Below, piece after piece: positions 53,171 to 64,000 of a DNA stretch of 64,000 nt. The number at the start of each line of letters is the position of its first letter. The stretch's first letter is position 1. The translations under genes were made by a program, and so were the position numbers. The DNA comes from the human T2T-CHM13v2.0 reference genome, Homo sapiens, in the NCBI RefSeq assembly GCF_009914755.1, contig NC_060931.1. The stretch is one strand, 5' to 3'. The notes under the pieces are model-generated. The model ran no database searches. It worked only from the letters and a program-made list of their open reading frames with translations, and was not told the origin of the DNA.

Positions 53171-53334
53171 AAATAGGCCAAGTAATACAGCCATCTTAAA
53201 AATAAAAACAAAAATGGAATAGAGAAGTATGTTAACCTGCAACCCCAAGGCAACACTATAAGTCCTGGGTCATGCTCAGACCACATTCTAGGCTTCTGCT
53301 TTCAGTTCTGTTCACATGAATGAGAACATGAATG

Positions 53335-53630
53335 CTAGAGCCACGCAGGTCTGTGTTGAGTCCTGGTATTGTCTTTTCATAGCTATGTGACCTTGGGAAT
53401 ATTAATTAATAGTAATAAAAATAATTAATTTGGACTGAACTCCTAATACATCCTAGGCATTACATTAACTAATTTAATCCTAATAGCTGCTTCATAAGTT
53501 AGGTGATATTATTCGCTCCATTTTATATATGAGAAAACTGAAGCTTCACAGGGTATTGTAGTAATTAAATGAGGTATTATAAATAAAATATCCAGTATGT
53601 TGCTTGGCACATTCAATGACACTCATTAAA
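53335..53630. mobile_element. MIR cluster (plus-strand pieces around a minus-strand piece)
   Basis: agctatgtgaccttggg (+), ccattttatatatgagaaaactgaagct (-), cacagggtattgtagtaattaaatgag (+). Confidence 0.65.
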
Positions 53631-56419
53631 CACAATCTTGAGGATATATGGAGAATAGATCCCACCATTCTTCCTCCAATGCCAAATGTAACCTTTTAGA
53701 ATGACAGTTTCCCTTTTTAATGACTTACCAGTCATTAATTGTATCAGTCAGGAAGAGGAATTCCTCACATTTATTTGTAATTTATTTACTGCCTGTACCA
53801 GGAAGTATCCCAAGCACTTTCCACAAATTTCATTAAACTTTCTATTCCTGTATTCCAGGAGAAGAAATGGAGGCTCATAAGGGCCAAGGCATTTGTTCAT
53901 GTTCGTAAAGCCAGAAGGTGGGAAAGCCAGTTCTCGGACTCAGATGTAACCGCCACCAATAAAGAGTAGGGATAGCAGTGAAGTGGTCTATTTTCCTGGA
54001 ATGAAGCTTCTATGGTGGGAAGTAATCTAAGCAACTGATTAAGGAGCCAGCTTTGTGCACTTCAAAGCAGCCTCAGCTTCGGGGTGGAGCATAGAGTTCC
54101 TTTTTTTTTTTTTTTTCTTTAGCAGGCAGGAAGATATTCTTATTCCCAAAGAACTGAGAAATATTTGAGACTATCCATAGTACTCATTGGTGCTGTAAGG
54201 TTAGATAACTGCTGAGAAGAAAACTGATTGCTCTGTGTAAATCAGTATGCTGATGAGGGAATGATAAAACTGCAGGGTAGTACCAGCGTCAGCATCTTGT
54301 TTCCAACCCAGCTCTTCTCTCTCTTGACAAAACAGCTGTCATTTTGGATTAATGTTGAAATCACCAGAATCTGCTGGTCATCAGAGCAGGGCCGATGCCA
54401 TCTTTGGGATGAAGTGTGCTGGCAACAAGATAGAAACTGGACATGGGAAAAAGGAAAGTCTCCCTCAAACATGCTGCCATCCAAGGCCCAGTTTAAACCA
54501 CAGGCTCAATTTTTGCTCCCAAACTGATTTCCCGACTAACCCATCTGCTCATGCACACACCCTCCCAACCTCACACAGCAGGCCTGGCCTTTATCATTTC
54601 AGGTCCTGCAGAGCTGTTCTCTCTCACTGTGGTACTGATGCCAGTTTTAACAGCCGCCATGTGTATTGACTCCTCTACCGATTACAAATATATACGCGTT
54701 TGCCAGTTTGTTTAGTGAGTGGTTTTCATAGGCTGTGATGGGGATTTCACTTTCATGAATATAATTTGCTGAGCCTGTGGTGACATCAATAAATCCTTCT
54801 GGGATGGGGAATGGTTGATTTCCCTACATCCAGATGACATCCTCCAGCCCACTTCCTTATGGGACCAACAGCCAATGTCATAACACATGCTTCTTTGTGA
54901 GAGCATGGAAGGAAATTGTTTAAAGTGTGTCATCTGTGGGCACAGTTTCTAAGGTAGATACCTGTGAGGATGTATAGGCATGCTTTAGACATGGACAGAA
55001 TGAGTTATGTACTTAGTAACTCAAAACTCTGCTGAGCTCATTGTGGACAGCTCTTACAGATAAACTAAAATGCAGCTTCTTAAAAAATGAGAGGACATTT
55101 GCAGAAAGCATTCTTACTGCTTTCAGCAAATCTATGTGCCTTATGTTTTTATATAGCAGTCATTTTCTCAAATCAGACATCCCTATTGCCTATTAGATAA
55201 ACACAGAAAGCATAGATTATGAGTTTAAAAGTATCGACAGCATTTCAAGTGCTATCAGAGAACATTTAATTCAGTTTAATTTTGTGATAAATCTCACGTT
55301 TAATCCTCTGGTTACCCTGTAATCATGTCTCTATTGATCTTTTCTGAATGACTGCCTGCAGTTTAATAAACTTTGCCATTAACCCAGAGCTTCTAAAAGG
55401 AGAGATTGATTCCATTATCAAATCTGATAGAACCAATAAGTACCTAAACATCACTAAATCTATCTATAGGAAGCTTTGGCCTAGAGACAAGCCTGTGGCT
55501 TGTTTAAGAAACTAGGTAAAAATCTGGATATCTTTGCATGACCTAATTGCCTCACAGCATCTGATTCCCTTGTGCAAACTGACACTGCCTTTCATCTTTC
55601 AAGTCAATGTAGTAGCCAACTGAAAGGACAGTCTCTTTTCTTGCCTCAACCGTAATTGTAGGGTCTAATTTATTCTCACTGCAGATATAGCTTGAGGAGT
55701 TTATTTGGTCTATGTCTCAGGTCAGTGGGTATATCTTAAGCACTTTTCTGTGTCTCTGAAAACCTGCAGGATAGTTTGTTTTATTTTTACCTATATGATG
55801 CCAAGGGAAAGAAAATTCTGTCTGGATAAATCCTGAAATAGAAGACTGGGGGTGAAGATTGAGAGAGAGGGAAGGCAAGTACAGAGTCATAGCTGTGTGA
55901 ACAAGCTCTAAGACTTGGAAAACTTTCCATGAAACCCATATATGTTTCTCATGTAGTGATAGGTTATTTGCAATATGTGTTGAACAGGAATTTCTACTTT
56001 TTGTGCCGCGAGTATTTATAGCTTTCATCATTATTCATTAATATTTATTGAGTCACATAGGCAGAACATATGGAATTCAGGGTCTAGAGTATATTTACAG
56101 CTTCTTATTTTTTTAAGGTCAGAAAGGTGTCATTCCCTGCCACTTTTCACCTCTTAAATAAATCGGTGAAGGTTGTCAATTTTACAGAAAAGCCAAAGCT
56201 TTTATTTTCTGTCTAGATTTTTATTGACAATGTGAATTTTTCAGAAGGAGTTCGGCTATTTGACTTAGGAGGCATAGCCTTTCCCTAATTACACTTCGGT
56301 GGGGAAGTGGAGGTGCACAGAAGGATTTTTATAATGAGACAATACTAAACTGTAATTTAAAATTTCCTTCCAACAAAAGACCCTAATCTTGGCACTTAGA
56401 AATAAATCTGTAATGACGT

Positions 56420-56615
56420 GGTGTTAGGCAGTGGAAGCAGGATTAGAGCCAAGGGACTCTGGGTGTGTTGCCAGTTGCTGATTTTCTCACTTTGGAAAGT
56501 CACTTGTTTACCCAGCCTTAGTTTCCTCATGTATAAAATAAAACTGATGGTGCCTGCTTAGAGAGCTATTAGAGAATTCAATGAGGTGATTATTTTAAAA
56601 GATACTGTAAACTTT
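56420..56615 (+). mobile_element. MIR
   Basis: agccttagtttcctcatgtataaaataaa...gagaattcaatgagg. Confidence 0.7.
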
Positions 56616-57579
56616 TTCCAATGCTGAGTTGTTGTGCAGACATTAATGGTTATGAAAAAGATAAATTAGTCCTCGCTTTATATTCAGAAATGGTCTGACC
56701 TTTCAGTAAATTATGTTTAGTTCTTAAATCAAAACCCAGTTAGGACAAGAGAGCTTGAAGAGTACGTATACATAAGAGAAGTCTCACAGAGATATTTGAA
56801 AGGCTGGAAAATGTGCTCTGGAGGCAAACCCTCCACTGAATTGATGAATTCTAAGTTACATCTGTTGATATTTTTTGTGTGCTAAATAGCCTCCCAGTAT
56901 GGTAACATTAGAGAGGCTGAAGGAACCTAAGAGGAGGACCCTACATTTATAGGTATTGAGGTAGATTGGTCTCTGCCCTTGAGAAGCCAATCAAAATTAG
57001 GTTGAGAAAGGATGTAGCAATTGTTCGTGGAATACTAATAGGCATATATGCACTTGTTCATGTTGATTCTCTATGTCACTGCTCTGTAAGAGAAGGAATG
57101 CCTGCACATCTTCAATAGGAAGTTGACAACAGTTTCTGGAAAGTTGGAAGAAAGTTACAGAATTATTCCTTTAGTAGTAATTATTCCATAGTTCTCTAGA
57201 AACATGACAAAACCTCTTGAAAAACTTGAGTCATAAAAGGACTGCCTCACATATATACACACACTTCCTGATATGCTGTGTAAAACTGCGTTTATATTCA
57301 GAGCCACATAACACAAATTTTGCCAGAAGTTGCTTTTTATACCACTGAATAGCTCTAAACTTTAAATTGTCTTTCATAAAATTGTTTCTTGTCTGCTGAG
57401 TGGACAGAATGTCTCTCTCTTCCCCACCCTTCATATCATTTTGTTTTCCTAAATGGGCCACTCTGTGAAGTAGTTCTTTACTTCTAGCCACCACCCCTGC
57501 CTCTAGAACAATGCAACCAACCTTAACCAAAGTCACATATCAAGAGTTCTCTGCTGCCTGTTAATGCAGATTTGACTTC

Positions 57580-57581
<2 letters not shown>

Positions 57582-57625
<44 letters not shown>

Positions 57626-57891
57626 AGGGTCTCATTCTGTCACCGAGGCTAGAATGCATTGGTGTGATCATGGCTCACTGCAGGCTCAGTCAGTCCTCCT
57701 GCCTCAGCCTCCTGAGTAGCTGGGACTACAGGCATACGCCACCACACCCAGCTAATTTAAAAAATATTTTTCTGGAGACTGGGTCTCACTCTGTTGCCCA
57801 GGCTGGTCTTGAACTCCTGGGCTTAAGCCAGTCCACCTGCCTTGGCCTCCCAAAGTGTTGGCATTAAAGGCATGAGCCACCGTGCATAGCC
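57582..57891 (-). mobile_element. AluJ with a (CA)n-converted tail; (TG)n at 57582-57624
   Basis: TSD agatttgac[t/a]tctt at 57568-57581 and 57892-57905. Confidence 0.93.
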
Positions 57892-57929
57892 AGATTTGAC
57901 ATCTTAAAAGCCAGAGCTAGACATACTTA

Positions 57930-58314
<385 letters not shown>

Positions 58315-58842
58315 TCATTTTACACTTATCACTTACGGTAACTACAATAGAATCAGTGAGCTAGTTGCTGAATACTTCTAGAGACATTGTTCACTTAAAG
58401 TGAAGGTGTGATAGTATGTGAATACCTGGGGAAGAGAAGAAAGCGAAACATTTTTAGGAAAGAAAAGGAAAGTATGTGACTTATTACTAATCAGGATCAA
58501 TTTGAAGATCTGAATAGATTTTCACTGGCTAATCAGAGTTATTCTGTGGAATATCTGCAACCTCTGCAACCACTTTTGATTTTTCTGTGAATAGTGAGGT
58601 ACTGAGATCCAGTAAATTATAATTTGGCCTTGATATCAAGCCATGAAAAAGATGTTTAGAACTAACATTCATTGGCCTCTTTCATTTTTTTTTCTCTTGG
58701 GGTTAATAAGGCGATTTATGTTATTTCTAGGCATCTGTTCATCCCCTCTTTAGCATATAGGGGAATAGAAATGGTTTATCCGGGATATGGATGTGGTAAT
58801 GTGTCTTAGTCTGTTTTTGTGTTGCTACAAAGGAATACCTGA

Positions 58843-58985
58843 GGCTAGGTGCAGTGGCTCATGCCTCTAATCCCAACACTTGGGGAGGCCAAGGCGGGAG
58901 GATCGCTTGAGGCCAGAGTTAGAGACCAACCTGAGAAACATAGCAAGACCTTGTCTCTACAAAAAAGTAAAAATAAAAACAAGAA
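58843..58985 (+). mobile_element. FLAM / Alu left monomer inside the MST LTR
   Basis: TSD aaaggaatacctga and aaaggaatactaga. Confidence 0.9.
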
Positions 58986-59323
58986 AAAGGAATACTAGAT
59001 GCTAGTAATTTATAAGGAAAGGAGGTTTATTTCACTCATGGTTCTGCAGACTGTACAAGAAGAATGGTGCTGGCATCTGCTTGGCTTATGGTGGAGTTCT
59101 CATGTGGCTTCCACTCATGATGGACGGCAAAGGGGAGTCAGTGTGTGCAGAGGTCGCATGATGAGAGAGGAAACAAGAGGATGGGGGGAGGTACCAGTCT
59201 CTTTTTAACAACCAGCTCGTGTGGGAACTAACAGAGTAAGAACCTCTCTTAGTTCTATTAGAGTTCGACATGAGGGAGGGCATTAATCTATTTATGAAGG
59301 ATCCAATCCCATGACCCAAATAG

Positions 59324-59686
<363 letters not shown>

Positions 59687-59887
59687 CATTGGGGATATTT
59701 CAACATGAGTTTTGGAGGGGACAAATAAACTATAACAGAAATAATTAGATAATGTGTTTGAAAGTCTTGGATGGAAGTCCGAGAGGGGAAGAGTGATGGA
59801 GTAGTACAATTCATAGCATGGCCCAACAGCTTCAGAATGAGAGGACATTCAGGGCATCCTAATTTCACAAGTTCATTCTCCTTTAAG

Positions 59888-60012
59888 TTTTTGTTTTTAG
59901 AAATGGGCTCTTGCTTTGTTGCCTAGGGTTCTCAAACTCCTGGGCTCAAGCAGTTGTCTAGCCTCAGTCTCCCAAGTAGCTGGGACTGCAGCCATGCACT
60001 ACCAGGTCCAGT
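59888..60012 (-). mobile_element. Diverged Alu monomer (FLAM/FAM-like)
   Basis: ctcaaactcctgggctcaagcag...cctcagtctcccaagtagctgggact. Confidence 0.8.
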
Positions 60013-60221
60013 TCTAATTCATTCTTTTATAAACAGGTTACTGTGTGTCCTCTACTCTGTTCTCTGCTAGGAATTCTGGCATGATGAAGTCATAGCCATT
60101 GTCCTTATGGAGGTAATTCTGAGTATTACCAGGAAGATCCAGTTACCAATATTTTGATACACTGTAATAAGTACATTAATTCTTTTCCTATCTTTTGCAT
60201 ACAGTGCTTAATCAAAAAATG

Positions 60222-60450
60222 AATAATGGTTGTTTCAACTTACTTTACCATCAGCAGTGTGCAGTGGTTCCCATTTTTCCACACCCTCACTGACAAGTAC
60301 CTCTTGTCTTTTTGATAATACCCGTCCTAACAGGTGCAAGATGACATCTCATTGTGGTTTTGATTTGCATATTCCAGATGACTAATGAGCACATTTTCAT
60401 GTACTTGTTGGCTATTTGTATGTCTTCTTCGGAAAAATGTCTAGTCAGAT
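60222..60450 (-). mobile_element. L1M ORF2 fragment
   Basis: ccatcagcagtgt...catctcattgtggttttgatttgcat...ggctatttgtatgtcttcttcggaaaaatgtct. Confidence 0.8.
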
Positions 60451-62586
60451 TTTTTTTAAAAAGAACATATTACATGTAAAAAGAATAATGGTTAATTAAA
60501 GCAAGTATCATTAGAATTACACATCCTCTCAAATGTGTGCGTGTGTTACTTTAGTGGATTAGATTTAAGTGGGAGAAAAAGCAATCGAAATTTGAGTGTT
60601 CTGCTTGTCTTTCTTCAGTTAGCATACCAGGCTTCTGCCCTTGGAGAGGCCTGAGAATTGTGTGGTGCTAGTTTCTCTTCTGGCTGCCATTACACTATCT
60701 TCTGTTGTATGGTTCTTTTTGCCTTTTTGGACTCGTCCTTTGTGTACGTTATTGCCCTAAGCCCTCACTGATGAGATTTTCTGCCTCAGTCATGCTGTGC
60801 TCAGCTTTCAGAATGTTGTTGTTACGGAGGAGTTAATTTTTTTTTTAAGGTTTCCTTTTCGTCATGCTGTATTTCTCAGATTATCTGGAGGGACTGTAAT
60901 CCAATTTTAGGAATCCTTCAGGGCTGAGAGCCTAAACTGTTTTAAGCAATAGCATCTGGTTGCCAGGGACTCAACTACTTTGAGCGTGTTAAGGTCTAAC
61001 GGCAGCCAACTCTCAATTATCTGTGGGAATGGGAGACTCCTGGGATGTTTTCAATTCACAGAGTGTGCAAAAATCTCACTTAAACGGATAGTCGTGACCT
61101 CATCCCACAGCTGAGTTTAGGAGAGCTTCTCAGTGTGTGGTTTTGTTTTCTTTTTGTTTTGTTCTCTTCTCACCTTTGACAGTGGCACTGCAGCATTGAC
61201 AGGTGCCTTTTATATGTTGAATTTATCTGTACCTGATCTATTTTTTTAAACCTTGTCCCTCTCATCTTTATTTAGATTCCATATGTGTATCATTATATAC
61301 ATTAAGTATGTTTTAATAAACTGCCTCAATTCTTTTACATTTTAGGAGCAGTAAAATTTATTTATATTTTCTTTCTTTGCTTATTGGCTAACGTGCTCAT
61401 GGGAGGGGATGTAGCCAAACAGTAATCAGGCTACCAGATAGAAAGATAAGAAAACTTTACAAAAGGTTAGCCTCTGAATAATAATTGAGAACTGGCTGTT
61501 AAAAATGAAAAAAAAAAAAAAATACGAACTCTACCTTGTCACTGAAAATGAGGTGAAGGCCAGGCAGTGCTCCTCAGTCAAGACATTCGTGTTCACAACT
61601 GAGTTGTCTCCAGTGGAAATTTCATGGCTACTTTATGGCCTAAAGCCAGTGCTCCCAGACGTGGTCATCCCTTGGTTTTAGGATTCTAAAAGATGAGTTT
61701 CTTTTAATGAAAACTGAATGTAATCTAGTTGTTAGGGATAATTATATGCCAGTTGTGCATGACGGCAAGGGCCCCTGGTTTTTAAAAACCAGCTTTATGG
61801 AGGTATAATTTACATTCCAGTAAACTGCACAAACTAACAATATACAATTTGATGAGTTTTGACATGTGTATATACCCATGAAACCACTGCCACAATCAAG
61901 ACAGCGAACATGTTCACCCCAAAAGTTTCCTTATGTCCCTTTATAATCCCTTCTTCCTATCTCTCCCAGGAAGCCACTAGCCTGCTTGCTGTTGCTATCA
62001 ATTAGTTCATATTTCCTAGGATTTTATATAAATGGGATCATACATAATATAATCTTTTCCGTCTGATTTCTTTCACTTGGCATACTTATTTTGAGACGTA
62101 TTCATGCCACCTGTATCAGGAGGTTATTTCTTTTTATTGCTGAGTAGTATTCCATTGATTGGTTACAACCACAGTTTGTTTATCCATTCATCTATTGATG
62201 TACATTTGGGTTGTTTGCAGTTTTAGAAGCATTGCACATCTGCTAGGAGCATTCATGTGTAGCTCTTCATGTAGACATGTACTTTAATTTCTCTTAGGGA
62301 AATACCTAGGAGTAGAACGGTTGGATCATATGGTCGGTGTACTTAGAACTTTTAAAGAAACTACTAAACTTTCTTCCAAAGTGGTTGTGCTGTTTCATAT
62401 TCTCACCAGTAGTGTATGTATGAGCATCCTCTGCATCCTTGCCCACTCTCGGTAGGGTCATTCTTTCTTATTTCAGCCATTTTATATGTATGTAGTGGTA
62501 TCTCATTGTGGTTTTAAGTTGTATTTCCCTAATGACTACTGATGTTAACTATTGTTTTATGTATTCATTCACTTTCCAGACAGATA

Positions 62587-62590
<4 letters not shown>

Positions 62591-62617
<27 letters not shown>

Positions 62618-62896
62618 GAGATGGAGTATCTCTCTGTCATCCAGGCTGGAGTGCAGTGACACAATCTCGGCTCACTGCAACCTTTGCCCTCTGGGTTCAA
62701 GCGATTCTCCTGCCTCAGCCTCCGAGTAGCTGGGATTACAGGTGCATGCCACCATGCCCAGCTAATTTTTTTGTATTTTTAGTAGAGACAGGGTTTCACC
62801 CGTTAGTCAGGATGGTCTCGATCTCCTGCCTTGTGATCCATCTGCCCTGGCCTCCCAAAGTGCTGGGATTACAGGCATGAGCTGCCACACCTGGCC
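62591..62896 (-). mobile_element. AluSc-like, full length
   Basis: caggatggtctcgatctcctg. TSD cagatatctt at 62581-62590 and 62898-62907. Confidence 0.96.
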
Positions 62897-62976
62897 CCAG
62901 ATATCTTCTTTAGCAAAGTATCTGAATCTTTTGCTTATTTAAAAAATTGGGTTGTTTCCTTTTTTAGTTTTGAGAA

Positions 62977-63249
62977 TTTTTTTTTTTTTTTTTTTTAAGA
63001 TGGAATCTTGCTCTGTCGCCCAGGCTGGAGTGCAGTGGTGCAATCTCGGCTCACTGCAACCTCCACCTCCTGGGTTAAAGCGATTCTCCTGCTCAGCCTC
63101 CTGAGTAGCTGGGACTATAGGCGCGTACCACCACACCTAGCTAATTTTTGTATTGACCAGGCTGGTCTCGAACTCCCGACCTCAGGCAATTTGCCTGCCT
63201 TGGCCTCCTAAAGTGCTGGGATTACAGGTGTGAGCCATCACACCTGGCC
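62977..63249 (-). mobile_element. AluS with a deletion next to the linker
   Basis: Junction ctaatttttgtattgaccaggctgg. Short TSD agaattt. Confidence 0.93.
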
Positions 63250-64000
63250 CAAGAATTTATTAAATTAATATATTCTGTATACAAAACTTATCAGATACAC
63301 ATTTTAAAAAATATTTTTCCATTCTGTGGCTTATCTATTTATGTATCTTTTACTCTCCTGGTAACTCACAGAACAGTCACTTTATTTTCTTGACAGTATC
63401 TTTTGAAGAGCAAAATTTTAATTCTTGAAGTGTAATTTATCAATTTATTCTTTTATGGATTATGCCTTTGGTGTCATAGTAAGAAATCTTAGCTTAACCC
63501 AAGATTACAAGAGTTTTCTCTTAGAAATTTTATGGTTTTAGGTTTTACATTCAGGTTTATAATATAGTTTGTGTTAGTTTTTTCTATTTAGATTGAAGTG
63601 TGGATTAAAATTTTGCATATGATTACCTATTCTATCACCATTTGTTTAAAAAACTTATTTCTCTGTAGAATAGCTTTTGCCTGAAAATCAGTTGTTGATA
63701 TATGTGTGGGTCTCTTTCTGGACTATTCTGTTCCTTTGATCTGTTTTTCTATCTTTATGCCAATATAGTGATGCAATTTTAATGTGGTGTGAAAGATGGC
63801 ACTACAGAGCACCTGACTTGCTCCTCCTCTAACCTACTTTACTATAATAGTTCACTGATTAGCCTGTTTCCCTGGATAAGCAGCCTGAGTTTAGGAATTC
63901 TTTCTTAGATATTTCCAACAGATGGCAATGTGTATGCACATAGTAGGTGTTTTGATATTTGTTTTTAAAAGATGTGAATCTTAGGGATTAATGTTTGAAT

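Larger units (their letters stand above)
61778..63770 (-). mobile_element. Old L1M (L1MB/L1MC-like) 3' portion interrupted by two Alus
   Basis: agctttatggaggtataatttaca...ccatgaaaccactgccacaatcaaga, gctgagtagtattccattg and gtagtggtatctcattgtggtttta. Confidence 0.87.

Overview
Non-coding simian-primate (probably human/ape) genomic DNA, identified by eye without database searches. It holds about 20 Alu/FLAM elements, L1PA and older L1M fragments, three MST-type MaLR solo LTRs, MIR and L2 relics, DNA transposons (MER5, Tigger3a/MER2, MER53, and MER44 nested in MER45) and microsatellites. The only ORF matching a known protein is a broken L1 ORF2p C-terminus. I find no protein-coding exon, RNA gene or CpG island. 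Most L1s and all three MST LTRs lie on the minus strand and the plus strand looks T-rich, which suggests a long intron of an unidentified plus-strand gene. Transposon-poor blocks rich in transcription-factor motifs look like candidate enhancers. The most unusual signals are two 27-bp dispersed doublets at 5.9-10.3 kb, fold-back insertions in an L1 and an Alu, a candidate recursive splice site near 26951, and an AT-rich palindrome at about 47.2 kb. I cannot support a novel multi-gene system here. Subfamily calls and old-repeat boundaries are approximate.
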